This document shows, piece by piece, positions 47,278 to 57,234 of a DNA stretch of 64,000 bases (its first letter is position 1; every line of letters starts with the position of its first letter). The DNA is from a candidate division WS1 bacterium (GTDB lineage: Bacteria > Armatimonadota > Zipacnadia > Zipacnadales > UBA5352). The position numbers and the translations under genes are program-made. A model generated the notes under the pieces. That model made no database searches and was not told the origin of the DNA. It saw nothing but the letters and a program-made list of their open reading frames with translations. Location: contig PXBW01000079.1 in NCBI GenBank assembly GCA_003566775.1, positions 18,635 to 82,634 of the forward strand, given 5' to 3'.

Positions 47278-48729
47278 TTGGCCCACTCCAGCCCCCAACC
47301 AGCGGAAGTACCGGTCCTGCGTATACTGCACGAGCGCCCGGACGAGTGCGCCCACCGCACGCTTACGCGGGGGCAGGCACTCGCTGTCCTCTTCATCCTC
47401 GCTCTACTGATCGCTCTGATCGCCTGGCGGCCGCTTGCGAGCCTGATCGTCCTGAACGCTCTCGCCATCATCTTCTACGTTGTGCACTCGCTATACAAGT
47501 TCTACCTCGTATATGTCTCGCTCGAGCGTCCAGTCCTGTTCGACGCAACTGAGGATGAACTACGCGATCTCGACGAGGCGACGCTGCCCACCTACACCCT
47601 GCTGATTCCCCTGTATCGCGAGGCCGCGGTACTGCACAGACTCGTTCAGGGCGTCAGAAACCTCGACTACCCCGTCGAGAAGCTTGACGTGATGCTTCTG
47701 CTGGAAGAAGACGACACTGAGACGATCGCTGCCGCGGAGGCCATGGATCTTCCCCCACACATTCGGCCCGTGGTCGTGCCCGACAGTGAGCCGAAGACCA
47801 AGCCGAAGGCCTGTAACTACGGGCTCTTCACCTGTGAGACCGATCTGCTGGTCATCTACGACGCCGAGGATCGGCCTGAGCCGGATCAGCTCAAGAAGGC
47901 GGCCATCGCATTCCGTCGCGCGCCCGATGACGTGGTATGCATTCAGGCGAAGCTCAACTACTACAACCAGCGGCAGAATCTGCTCACCCGCTGGTTCACC
48001 GCCGAGTACTCCGTCTGGTTCGACCTCTTCCTGCCCGGACTGACGGCCTCCGGCGCGCCCGTGCCCCTTGGTGGCACCAGCAATCACTTCCGCGTCGATG
48101 TGCTGAAGGAGCTTGGCGGCTGGGACCCGTTCAACGTGACCGAGGACTGCGACCTCGGCGTGCGCCTGCACAAGCACGGCTGGCGCACCGCGATGCTCGA
48201 CTCGACCACCTGGGAGGAGGCGAACGGGGCGTTCTTCTCGTGGTTCCGCCAGCGCTCGCGCTGGGTCAAGGGTTACCTGCAGACATGGCTTGTGCATACG
48301 CGCAGACCGCTTCGAATCATCAGCGAACTCGGGCTCGCGGGCTGGTTCTCTTTTCAGATGACTATCGGCGGCTCGCTCGTATGTTTCCTGATCAACCCGA
48401 TCTACTGGGCGATGACGATCTACTGGCTGTTCACACACGCAGGCTTCATCAGCGTCCTCTTTCCGCCCGCGATCTACCTGCTGGGCAGTTTCTGCCTCTT
48501 CGGCGCCAACTTCGTCTTCGTGTATATGGCCGTCGCCGGATGCATGCATCGGGGGTACTACGACCTCGTGAAGTACTCCCTGCTCACTCCCGTTTACTGG
48601 CTGATGATGAGTATAGGGGCGTACAAGGCCTTCGCGCAGATCATCGTACGCCCGCATTACTGGGAGAAGACCGACCACGGTATCTTCGAATTCGAGGATG
48701 CCGGGTTCGACGACGGTGATTCCGCATGA
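47278..48729 (+). CDS. membrane-embedded family-2 glycosyltransferase (processive, cellulose/chitin-synthase-like, QxxRW motif)
   Basis: N-terminal TM helices. GT-A catalytic core with DAED (DxD) and TED. FRQRSRW (QxxRW) motif. Several C-terminal TM helices. 483 aa. Confidence 0.8.
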   Translation: MAHSSPQPAEVPVLRILHERPDECAHRTLTRGQALAVLFILALLIALIAWRPLASLIVLNALAIIFYVVHSLYKFYLVYVSLERPVLFDATEDELRDLDEATLPTYTLLIPLYREAAVLHRLVQGVRNLDYPVEKLDVMLLLEEDDTETIAAAEAMDLPPHIRPVVVPDSEPKTKPKACNYGLFTCETDLLVIYDAEDRPEPDQLKKAAIAFRRAPDDVVCIQAKLNYYNQRQNLLTRWFTAEYSVWFDLFLPGLTASGAPVPLGGTSNHFRVDVLKELGGWDPFNVTEDCDLGVRLHKHGWRTAMLDSTTWEEANGAFFSWFRQRSRWVKGYLQTWLVHTRRPLRIISELGLAGWFSFQMTIGGSLVCFLINPIYWAMTIYWLFTHAGFISVLFPPAIYLLGSFCLFGANFVFVYMAVAGCMHRGYYDLVKYSLLTPVYWLMMSIGAYKAFAQIIVRPHYWEKTDHGIFEFEDAGFDDGDSA

Positions 48730-50294
48730 CCGAGCAGCGACATGGACCGGCTGCAAGCTCCGCACCGGAGCGGCCGGAAGCACGTCTGCGCCGCTTCGAG
48801 CTTCCGATCGTCTTCCTTCTGGGCGTGGTGCTTACACTCGCGGTCGGGTTGCGCGGTCGCCTCGTAGACCTCCAGGTCAACTGGGACGCCCTCGCAGCGG
48901 TCGCGCATGCCTATGACGTATTTAACGCACAGGACTACGCGAATCTCGCCATGATCGGTTTCGTCCAGCCACCGCTCCCCACGCTGTTGCAGCTTCCGCT
49001 GGTGCTGATGGCGCCCTCACTCGCAACGTCGGGCGTCGCGGCGAACGTTCTCGGAGCGATCTACGCCGGGACGTCGGCTGCGCTTATGCTTGGCCTCGCG
49101 GCGGAGTGCGGTCTGTCCCGCGCCCTGCGCTGGCCATTGGTGGCGCTCTTCGCGCTCCACCCGCTTGTGCTCGGCCCGGCTGCGTCAGGAGCCCCGATGG
49201 CTCTGCTGACCACCCTGCTTCTCGGCGCGTCGTGGAGCATGCTGCGCTGGGCGCGCACTGAGGCTCTGCGAGACCTTATCGCCTCCAGCGCTCTCCTCTC
49301 CGGCGCGGTCATCACCCGCTATGAGTCCGTATTCGTGGTCGTGGGCGTCCTGATCTACCTCGCCTGGTGCACATGGCGAAAGGACAGGTCGGGCAGGAAG
49401 CTTGAGGGGACATTGATTGCCTTCACCTTGCCCATCGCATACGTCGCGGGCGTCTGGATCATGTCCAACTGGGCGATTATGGGCGATCCATGGCACTTCC
49501 TCCGTGAGACTTTTGATGCTCGCGTGGTGCCTCCGGGGGCCAGAGTGTTCTCTATTGTCGTAAGCACGTCGCTGCTGGCGTTCTTCCCGGTGCTTGCCCT
49601 GATCTACCATCAGATGCATGGAGCATGTCGATATCCGGCGGACGCGCGGCCGGTGGCATGGATGGTGCTTTCCGTGCTCGTGGCCCCGATGGTCTTCCCC
49701 GCGGCATTCGTGCTGCCGGGCGCGGACGGCCACTGGGCAAGCCTCTCCACCGTTCTCGCCATGGTCCTTGCGGGCGGCTATGTGATGCTTGCCTCCATCA
49801 TCGGCGATCTCATGCAGGGAAGAGGGAGACGGGCGCTGGGCATCAGCGCTGTGGTTCTGGTGGCCGGACTCGGAGCAGCCGCATGGCTCTACGCCGGTGG
49901 AGCCGCCGCTGCTCTCTCGCCCGCGCGCATTCTGGCCGGTCACAGCCCGCTGGCCGACACGGCGCGTGCCGAGATCGAGGCGGCAGATCTTCTCCGGGAT
50001 ACGACGCTTCCCCCGGGACAGAAGCACCTCATCGCAGGATGGCCGGGCTTCGCGGTTGTGCTCTTCGCCGGGAGGACGGGCGAGATGGTGGTGATCCGAA
50101 CTCCTGAATTGCTGGAACGCATCGACGCCCTCTGGGCGGGCAGCCGTCTGGTGCTGCTCGTCACCGATGAGCCCGGCGCGGTGCCGCCCGCCGCTGTCGA
50201 CGCAGACCTTGGTCTCCCCCCTGATCTCACGCTGCAGCGCGAGTGGGTAGCGGGACCCTGGCACTGCTACCGGGTGGTGAGAGCGGCCCCGTAG
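48726..50294 (+). CDS. polytopic integral membrane protein (possible GT-C-type glycosyltransferase or polymer-export partner of the upstream GT2)
   Basis: 522 aa, 10 or more predicted TM helices. Start overlaps the GT2 stop (ATGA). The coincident antisense ORF 49185-50348 I judge to be an artefact. Confidence 0.5.
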   Translation: MTEQRHGPAASSAPERPEARLRRFELPIVFLLGVVLTLAVGLRGRLVDLQVNWDALAAVAHAYDVFNAQDYANLAMIGFVQPPLPTLLQLPLVLMAPSLATSGVAANVLGAIYAGTSAALMLGLAAECGLSRALRWPLVALFALHPLVLGPAASGAPMALLTTLLLGASWSMLRWARTEALRDLIASSALLSGAVITRYESVFVVVGVLIYLAWCTWRKDRSGRKLEGTLIAFTLPIAYVAGVWIMSNWAIMGDPWHFLRETFDARVVPPGARVFSIVVSTSLLAFFPVLALIYHQMHGACRYPADARPVAWMVLSVLVAPMVFPAAFVLPGADGHWASLSTVLAMVLAGGYVMLASIIGDLMQGRGRRALGISAVVLVAGLGAAAWLYAGGAAAALSPARILAGHSPLADTARAEIEAADLLRDTTLPPGQKHLIAGWPGFAVVLFAGRTGEMVVIRTPELLERIDALWAGSRLVLLVTDEPGAVPPAAVDADLGLPPDLTLQREWVAGPWHCYRVVRAAP

Positions 50295-50391
50295 CTGTGA
50301 AAGGCAATCGTGGCAAAGCGTCTTTCTGTATTGCGTTGCTCGGAACACCTCACTCTTCCAACGAGCATATCGGATAAGAGGGATGATCGGA

Positions 50392-51792
50392 ATGAGCGAT
50401 CAGTTGCTCGCAGGAGTCGCAAAGATAGACATCACGCCACCGCTTGGCCTCACCATGGCCGGCTACGGCGGTCGCACCGAGACCTCCGATGGTATAGAGG
50501 ATCCGCTCTTCGCACATGCGCTGGTGCTGGAGCAGGGGGATGAGGCCTGCGGTATCGTCGTCGGCGACGTCATAGGCCTCCCACGTCCGCTCACCGAGAT
50601 GCTCCGCGAGCGTGTCACCGAGCTTTGCGGCATTCCGGGCGAGAAGGTTCTCGCCAGTGGTACGCACACGCACTGGGGTCCCGCGCTGAAGAGCACCGGA
50701 TACCTCAGCGATCGTCTCAATGAGGCGGTCTGCGAGGATTACGCAATCACCTGCGTCCGGCAGATGGCGGGAGCGATCTCCGAGGCCTGGCGGAGGCGTG
50801 AACCGGCCGTGGCCCTTGCGGGAACAGGTGAGGCCGATCTCGTTAAGTTCAACCGCCGTCCGGTCAATGTCGAGGGATGCACCGAGATGAACATGCGGTT
50901 GCCGCTCGATCAGGCGCTGGTCGCCTCGCGCGTCGGCGCTGAACTCGCCGACACGTGGGAGAAGGGTGGGCCGCCAGGAGAGCGTCTCAGTACGCCACAG
51001 GAAGGGGTTCAGGGGCTGCGCGTCGGTCCCGCGAACCCTCATCTTCCTCTGCTGAAGCTTTCCACCTCTGATGGAAAGCCGCTCGCAGCGATGGCCGCGT
51101 TTGGCTGCCATCCAGTCTGCGGCGGCGATCCGGAGACGACCTTCTACCGCTATTCAGCCGACTGGCCGGGCTACGCGCGCAGGGTGCTCGAACTTGCCCT
51201 CGGCTGTCCGGCGGTCTTCCTGCTCGGCGGGGCTGGAGATCAGGTACCCTTGCGCCGCACCGGCGACTCGCGCAGGCGCATTGGACACTCGATCGGCGGT
51301 GAGGCGTTACGCGTCTGGGAACTGCTCGACGGGGAGAGCATCGGCCCACTGCGTGTGGCGAGTCGCCGTGTGAATCTGCCCCTGCGGGACCTGCCGACCG
51401 TCGCCGACGCGAGGCGGGCGCTTGACGAAACCGACGATCCAACCGGCGCAGGAGCGTCTCGGGAGCGCCACGAACTTACACTTGCGGAAAGGTATGAGGG
51501 CCGGGACAGTGTGAGTGTGGAGATATGGGCGATGGCGCTGGGCGATCGCTGGGGCCTCCTCGGAGTGCCGGGGGAGATACTGTGCGAGATCGAACTGCAG
51601 ATACGTCAGCGCTCGGCATTCGCGAATACGTGCGTGATCGAACTCGCGCTTGACGCGCCAGGGTACATGCCGACCGATGCGGCCATCGATGAGGGTGGCT
51701 ACGAGTCCGGATGGTCGCCCTTCGGCCACGGCACGGAGGCCGCGCTGGTAGAAGCCGCTTCGGCGCTGCTCGACTCCGTTGGTGGTGGCTGA
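50392..51792 (+). CDS. neutral/alkaline ceramidase-like (PF04734-like) hydrolase
   Basis: N-terminal pattern GVAKIDITPPLGLTMAGYGGR...GIEDPLFAHALVL matches the ceramidase-family N-terminal consensus (G.AK.DITP...M.GY...S.GI.D.L.ARALV). About 466 aa. AGAGGG RBS 9 nt before the ATG at 50392. Confidence 0.55.
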   Translation: MSDQLLAGVAKIDITPPLGLTMAGYGGRTETSDGIEDPLFAHALVLEQGDEACGIVVGDVIGLPRPLTEMLRERVTELCGIPGEKVLASGTHTHWGPALKSTGYLSDRLNEAVCEDYAITCVRQMAGAISEAWRRREPAVALAGTGEADLVKFNRRPVNVEGCTEMNMRLPLDQALVASRVGAELADTWEKGGPPGERLSTPQEGVQGLRVGPANPHLPLLKLSTSDGKPLAAMAAFGCHPVCGGDPETTFYRYSADWPGYARRVLELALGCPAVFLLGGAGDQVPLRRTGDSRRRIGHSIGGEALRVWELLDGESIGPLRVASRRVNLPLRDLPTVADARRALDETDDPTGAGASRERHELTLAERYEGRDSVSVEIWAMALGDRWGLLGVPGEILCEIELQIRQRSAFANTCVIELALDAPGYMPTDAAIDEGGYESGWSPFGHGTEAALVEAASALLDSVGGG

Positions 51793-51983
51793 AGACGCAT
51801 CGCGGGTTCCTCGCAGTCACGGGCGGTCTTTGGTGCTGAGCGAGATGCGGCGTCGATGTTCCACCGGAGAAAGGTGCGTTCCTCCATCCAACAGCGCCGC
51901 CGGTGGCGACGGCAGCGGCATCTGCGCAATGCCCTGCTGCCGCATACAGCATGTAGCGAAGTGGTAGAGACAGGAGAAGTAAG

Positions 51984-52544
51984 ATGTCGGACAACGCGAG
52001 ACAGACCGGGGGTAATCTCGAATGCTACTCACGGCTCGCCGGCGAAGATGACCTCCCAGTGTTGGCAATCTTCGAACGCGAACTGGCTAAGATGTCTTTT
52101 CCCGAGGATCCGATCCTCGATCTGCAGTATCACACCGAGAAACTGCAGCGGGCGATGGATCGCGAGCCGGAAGGGATGATCGTGCAGGCGGTCTCCGCGG
52201 ACGACGCGCCGGTGGGCGACGAGATCGCGGCGTGGCTCTGGCTGGAGACGAAGACCACCCTGGCGACTTCTGAGCCATACGGTGTACTGCGCAGCATCTA
52301 CGTTCGTCGCCGCTACCGCCGCCACGGTCTTGCCCTGAGCCTGGCTGAGTACGCCATTCGTTACTTCGCCTCCCGCGATGTCAAGAAGATCATGGCGAAG
52401 GTCCATGCCGAAAACAGACCGGCGATCCAGGTACTCCGGCAGATCGGCTTCGATCCCCTGCATACAACCCTGCAGTTCCGCCTCGAACCCGGCGCGCCGT
52501 ACGTTTTCGATGAGGAAGACGAAGAGCGCCCGAACGAAGGCTGA
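51984..52544 (+). CDS. GNAT-family N-acetyltransferase
   Basis: RRRYRRHGLALSLAEYAIRYF (acetyl-CoA binding R/Q-x-x-G-x-G/A) and GNAT fold length (186 aa). Confidence 0.7.
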   Translation: MSDNARQTGGNLECYSRLAGEDDLPVLAIFERELAKMSFPEDPILDLQYHTEKLQRAMDREPEGMIVQAVSADDAPVGDEIAAWLWLETKTTLATSEPYGVLRSIYVRRRYRRHGLALSLAEYAIRYFASRDVKKIMAKVHAENRPAIQVLRQIGFDPLHTTLQFRLEPGAPYVFDEEDEERPNEG

Positions 52545-52672
52545 GCCCTCGTCCGGACGCTCCGGATCCCTCCCTAACGGATCGCGCGGCACTCCCCTCA
52601 TCCTGCCCGCGATCCTGTGCGTCTCCTGCGCCCTGCGTCCATCGGCGCAGAATCACCGCACTCCTGATGCAC

Positions 52673-54688
52673 CTACTCGCGAACCAGTGCGGGAGCGGGC
52701 GCGAAGTAGTGTATGATGATCCAGATCGTCAGGATGACGCTCACCCCGAGGATCAGGCCGAAAGCGATCGGCCGCAGCTTCTGGAAGCCCCGATAGCCTG
52801 CAACGCGAACAACCAGGACCTTCCAGAGCCACCCGAGGAAGATCGACATCCAGTAGCGATCGGTCGGCCAGCCAAGCCACGCGATATACCCCAGCGGATG
52901 CAGCGGCCACCAGACGAATCTTCGTCGGAGGGCAACAAGACCCCAGGTGAGTAGAGCGCCTCCACCCATCGCCGCCCACTCAACAGGTGCCATGGTCGTG
53001 GGGGACTGAATGTACCGCACCAGCATGTTTGTGGTGTTCAGGGATGCGCCACTCGGCCACCAGCCAAGCTTCGGCACTCCCCAGGAGTAGATGATGTGAA
53101 GCGAGGTCACATGGCTTGCAAGGATCGCCACGACCACCGCCGCCATCCCCGCGAAAATGATCTTGCGGCGATCCGCTCCCATCACCGAACCGATCTTGAG
53201 GCCCTGGGCTACGGCGCCCATGTTCATCGTTGCTGTGGAGCGAATCTGAGTCCAACTCGTCATGGTCATCAGCGTCATGTTCTGAGCCCCGATGCGCTCC
53301 GGACCGGCAATCTCGAAGATCGCCTCGTTGATCCTGAACGGTGTTGAGTATATGAACATGCCGCCCTCGGCGACCACTCGGGCCACGACCATTCCCGCCA
53401 GCGGGAAGGCTATGTACTGAGCCAGCGCCCATGTCAGGTCCATGCCCACCCAGGTGCACCACCAGATGATGAAGATGAAGGCACCCACAAAGCCGAGCAC
53501 CGCAAGCCGATAGGGTTCATCGGCGTCGGCCGCACCCTCGCGGGGTCTAATCGCACCGATCGCGATCCTTACGGCTCGCCGTACGTGATCCCGTGCCGAC
53601 CAGAGCAACGCGCCGGCCATTAATATGTAGGCTCCTATCGTCTGAAAGCGGAAGAATTGCGCGTGCCCCGTGTCAACTCCCACGCTCATCCGAACGAACT
53701 CCTGTATACGCCGGAACCAGTAGAAGAACCAAAGCGAGAAGCCGACCTCGGACGTGAGAAGATAAGCGACCCCTACCATCTCCGGATACAGATGGATGGG
53801 TATGCGGTTGAATGCGGCCCAGGGGCCTCCCAGCGTCGCTTCAGTCGTTCGCTGCAGGTCGATATCCGGCAAAGCAGGCCAGTAACCGTGCAGGCCCTTG
53901 ATCGTAAACAGAATCACTGGCACTGCGAATGCCACCCACATCATGGGGCTGCGGATCAGTTGCGAGGCGACTGCAGGCTCACCCTCGACCGTCTCCACCG
54001 GTACCTCTACCAGCGGATACAGGAGGCGCTCCTCTCTTTCCCAGCGATGTGCCAGTATGGCCATGAAACACAGCACCAGCCAGTACACCGCCAGTATGAA
54101 TGGCGTCCAGACGGTTAGGGGCGTGATCCACGCTCGCCACGGAACGCTTTGCCCGGGCGGCAATCCCTCGAACGCCCAGCGAATCGCCGGGGCCTGCGGG
54201 TTCGTGTCCGGCACCAGCATCGGGTTGAGCTGCTCCAGATACAGCTCCGGTGGAGCAATCTCGGGAGTTGCGTAGTAAACAATGCCGAGCGTGTTGAGGT
54301 AGAAGTGCTGGGCGAACTCCTGACCCGCGATGGCGCCCGCCACCATCAGCATCAGGAACACCAAGAGCAACTCGCGGGCGGTGAGCTTCCATCGCCGCGT
54401 TACCCGTCCGACCAGGCGCAGCGCGGCATTCCCACCGAGCAGGGCGAGAAGTATGAAGACTGCGCCACGCGGCAGGTAGCCGGTTCCTATGATCTCGTAG
54501 CGCAGGAATACACCAAAGCAGCCCACCACGGTGAAGGCAACCACCATCACCAGTCCTACAGTTATCGCGCGAACCGTTACGCCTGTGTGTTCAGTGCCGT
54601 GAACTTCCTCACGCGCGGTTCGCGACAGCTCTACCTTATCCTGAGTTGACAGACCCGACACCTCACTTGTGACATCGAGCTTTGGCAA
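52673..54688 (-). CDS. large polytopic membrane protein of unknown function (671 aa)
   Basis: About 16 predicted TM segments rich in Trp/Tyr. No recognisable family motif. Confidence 0.55.
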   Translation of the reverse strand: MPKLDVTSEVSGLSTQDKVELSRTAREEVHGTEHTGVTVRAITVGLVMVVAFTVVGCFGVFLRYEIIGTGYLPRGAVFILLALLGGNAALRLVGRVTRRWKLTARELLLVFLMLMVAGAIAGQEFAQHFYLNTLGIVYYATPEIAPPELYLEQLNPMLVPDTNPQAPAIRWAFEGLPPGQSVPWRAWITPLTVWTPFILAVYWLVLCFMAILAHRWEREERLLYPLVEVPVETVEGEPAVASQLIRSPMMWVAFAVPVILFTIKGLHGYWPALPDIDLQRTTEATLGGPWAAFNRIPIHLYPEMVGVAYLLTSEVGFSLWFFYWFRRIQEFVRMSVGVDTGHAQFFRFQTIGAYILMAGALLWSARDHVRRAVRIAIGAIRPREGAADADEPYRLAVLGFVGAFIFIIWWCTWVGMDLTWALAQYIAFPLAGMVVARVVAEGGMFIYSTPFRINEAIFEIAGPERIGAQNMTLMTMTSWTQIRSTATMNMGAVAQGLKIGSVMGADRRKIIFAGMAAVVVAILASHVTSLHIIYSWGVPKLGWWPSGASLNTTNMLVRYIQSPTTMAPVEWAAMGGGALLTWGLVALRRRFVWWPLHPLGYIAWLGWPTDRYWMSIFLGWLWKVLVVRVAGYRGFQKLRPIAFGLILGVSVILTIWIIIHYFAPAPALVRE

Positions 54689-55021
54689 TAGGGAATGACC
54701 CTATTCTCCTCCAGCCACCGCGCGACCTCCTCCAGAATACCGGAAAGGGATAATCCGCGCAACGGCGAATAGGTCACACACTATTCGCCCGCAGGGAGAT
54801 GTTATGACCGGCCGGACGATCCGGAGACAGGCGGATTGAGCCTTCGGCGGAAACACTGTTCGGTATCGGGATCCTCATGGCAATACCGTTTATGAGCGGC
54901 CCGCAGCATTTCGCGACACGGAGAACGTCTTCCTCCTTAAAGAGCCTCCGAGCGGAGGGTTCGCCTCATCTGCTGTCTCCGCCTCTGTCGGCCGATGCCG
55001 GCGATTAATGGGAGCCCGAAG

Positions 55022-55222
55022 ATGACTGAGAAGCCCCGATGGCACGAAGGTCAACGGGTAGCTTTGAAGAAACCACATCCATGTGGTACGAACGCGTGGG
55101 AGATCATGCGTATGGGGATGGATGTGAAGCTGCGGTGTGAGGGCTGCCGACATATAGTACGCCTCCCGCGCAATCAGTTCGAGCGCCGTGCGCGCGGCGT
55201 TGTCGAAGAGGAAGAGGGCTGA
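55022..55222 (+). CDS. DUF951-family small protein
   Basis: KKPHPCGTNAWEIMRMGMDVKLRCEGCRHIVRLPRNQFE matches the DUF951 consensus (HPCG...W...R.G.D....C..C.H.....R..FE). GGAG RBS before the ATG at 55022. Confidence 0.65.
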   Translation: MTEKPRWHEGQRVALKKPHPCGTNAWEIMRMGMDVKLRCEGCRHIVRLPRNQFERRARGVVEEEEG

Positions 55223-55291
55223 GGTGACCTTCGCGACCGTCTTCATCCGGGTGGCACATGATTCCTCACCGTCTCGTGCCGGGGTTGCGAC

Positions 55292-55729
55292 ATGATTACG
55301 CCAGTGAGGACGACTGAAGAAGCTCGTTGGCTGCGTGAGACATACGGTCAAATGCCCGACCTTTACTGCAGTGGCTGCACGGACTGCGCGAGCCGCTGCA
55401 TGGCCAATCTCAAGATAACATGCTCTGAATTCGAGGCGATCTGCGACTATCTTGGCGGAGTGGTCTTCCGGCCGACGCTACGCCGCGCGCGGCAGATGGC
55501 TGCGCCCTGCGAATTCAGCGCTCCGGACAGTCGGCTCTGCCTGATCTACCCGGTGCGTCCCCTCGTGTGCAGACTCTTCGGGATCGTCGAGTGGCTGCCC
55601 TGTCCGCGCGGCCGGATTCCTACGCTCGTGCAGGACGGCCCGCGCATCATGGAGAAGTATCGCCGCTACCCGCGCAGGTCTTTTCGCGAATGGATGCGGG
55701 AATACCGAACAGACGAAAGCGGCGCATAA
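55292..55729 (+). CDS. YkgJ-family cysteine-cluster protein (CxxCxxCC Fe-S/Zn domain, PF03692-like)
   Basis: CSGCTDCASRC ... C-x-x-x-P-V-R-P-x-x-C-R-x-F motifs typical of the YkgJ/UPF0153 family. Confidence 0.7.
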   Translation: MITPVRTTEEARWLRETYGQMPDLYCSGCTDCASRCMANLKITCSEFEAICDYLGGVVFRPTLRRARQMAAPCEFSAPDSRLCLIYPVRPLVCRLFGIVEWLPCPRGRIPTLVQDGPRIMEKYRRYPRRSFREWMREYRTDESGA

Positions 55730-55766
55730 CACATCGCCGAAATGGGAAGGATACGAATACGGCATC

Positions 55767-56225
55767 ATGGCCACAGTCGAGAGTGCAGTTCGAATCGAAG
55801 CACCCGTTGAAGAGGTCTATCAGATCGCCCGCGACATCGAACGCTTTCCGGAGTTCATGGATGATGTGATCGAAATCGAGATCATCGAGCAGACCGAGGA
55901 GCGACAGGTGAGCCGCTGGGTAGGGCAGATCGAGGAGTTCAACCGCACGCTTGAGTGGACTGAAGAGGACTTCTGGAACGAGGACGAGCGCTGCTGCCGC
56001 TTCGAGATGATCGAGGGGGATTTCACCGCCTATGGGGGAACGTGGACATTCGAGGAGGATAACGGGGGCACGCTGGCGAAACTCACGATTGATTATGAGT
56101 ACGCGATCCCGCTCATCGGTCCTTTGATCAAGAAGCTTCTGCATCGCAAGGTCCAGGAGAATTGCGATAACATGCTGGAGGCCATCAAGGCTGAGGCAGA
56201 GAAACAGCAGTCAGCCGACAGCTAA
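55767..56225 (+). CDS. SRPBCC-superfamily protein (polyketide cyclase/dehydrase-like, START fold)
   Basis: IEAPVEEVYQIARDIERFPEFM start (the V-W/Y-xxxxD-xxxxP-xW motif class). 152 aa. Confidence 0.7.
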   Translation: MATVESAVRIEAPVEEVYQIARDIERFPEFMDDVIEIEIIEQTEERQVSRWVGQIEEFNRTLEWTEEDFWNEDERCCRFEMIEGDFTAYGGTWTFEEDNGGTLAKLTIDYEYAIPLIGPLIKKLLHRKVQENCDNMLEAIKAEAEKQQSADS

Positions 56226-56338
56226 CGGGAGCTTCATTTCCGAGTGCAGTTGACCTTGAGGCCGCAGGCCGGATTATGTTATACTCCGGCGCGGGATCAT
56301 GAAGTTCGGCCGTCGATTACTGAGAGGTGAGGTGCGAG

Positions 56339-57160
56339 ATGGAGATCACCCGCAGTCACCGCACTGCTGTGCCGATCATTGTAGCCCTTCTATGCTGCCT
56401 GCTCGTAACGGGCGTGGTGGAGGCGCGGGAGGTTCAGCTCGCCGGTATGAGACTGGGCCAGCACGCGGTCAACCTCCTCGATATCTACGGCCAGCCCGAC
56501 GGCATCGGAACCGCACAGGGTGAGGCGTACGCAGTCGGCGCTCCCGGTGTTGGAGTGGATCCCGGCATGGAACCAATGAACGGGATGCCGATGGAGGATC
56601 CCGGCATGCCGATGGAGCCGATGGATGACCTTGGCCCCGGCGCCTTCCCCGAGGATGACATGCCGATGGATATGGAGCCGGGTGTTCCGGACGCTCCGGC
56701 CCCTGCAGTGGCGGGAGTGCAGCGCAATCCCTATCCGATGTGGGCGCTTCCTGTCTGGGTGGACCTCGGGGCGAACGAAGTCCAGTGGCTCTACCATGTG
56801 AAGGGTTCTGTGCTCGGCTTCGTTCTTGACCGTGACGGTTACATCCAGTCGATCGCGATCGCCGGTGAGAAGTCCGACTTCGCCCGCACCAGCCTCTGGC
56901 AGCCGCATCGGTACGTGCAGCTTGGAGACAGCTACAGTCGCGTCATCTACCGCTACGGTTGGCCGGACGAGACGCTGACCTATCACTCCACCGGACCGGG
57001 CGCGGTAGGCACCGGTGGCGGACAGATCGCCGTGAGCTTCGGGGGCACCGTCCGCGAGTTCTCACGAGACAGCATCCTGCGCTACACCGAGTACAACAAC
57101 ATTGAGTTCACCTTTCACAATATGCGCTGCGTCCGGATTCACATCTGGATGCACGAGTAG
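56339..57160 (+). CDS. secreted protein with Met/Pro-rich low-complexity region (MxM/MPM motifs, possible Cu(I)-binding) and conserved C-terminal domain
   Basis: Signal peptide TAVPIIVALLCCLLVTGVVEA. Region MEPMNGMPMEDPGMPMEPMDD...DMPMDMEP. GAGGTGAGG RBS 7 nt before the ATG at 56339; the ORF track begins at a GTG at 56327. Confidence 0.6.
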   Translation: MEITRSHRTAVPIIVALLCCLLVTGVVEAREVQLAGMRLGQHAVNLLDIYGQPDGIGTAQGEAYAVGAPGVGVDPGMEPMNGMPMEDPGMPMEPMDDLGPGAFPEDDMPMDMEPGVPDAPAPAVAGVQRNPYPMWALPVWVDLGANEVQWLYHVKGSVLGFVLDRDGYIQSIAIAGEKSDFARTSLWQPHRYVQLGDSYSRVIYRYGWPDETLTYHSTGPGAVGTGGGQIAVSFGGTVREFSRDSILRYTEYNNIEFTFHNMRCVRIHIWMHE

Positions 57161-57184
57161 GATTATCGCAGTGAGGTAGATCAA

Positions 57185-57215
57185 AGCCCCCGGATACCCC
57201 TCCGGGGGCTTTCTG
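57185..57215 (+). terminator. rho-independent terminator (AGCCCCCGGA-tacccc-TCCGGGGGCT-TTCT)
   Basis: 10-bp GC stem followed by a T-rich tract, 25 nt after the stop of the Met-rich protein gene. Confidence 0.65.
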
Positions 57216-57234
57216 CTGCAGAGGAGTGTTAGGC

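Noticed and set aside
49185-50348. 387-aa minus-strand ORF
   Set aside because: Antisense to the polytopic membrane protein, which is translationally coupled to the GT2 gene. The translation is extremely Arg/His/Gly-rich.
56299-56523. 74-aa plus-strand ORF
   Set aside because: Out-of-frame overlap with the 5' end of the secreted Met-rich protein gene. Arg/Gly-rich.
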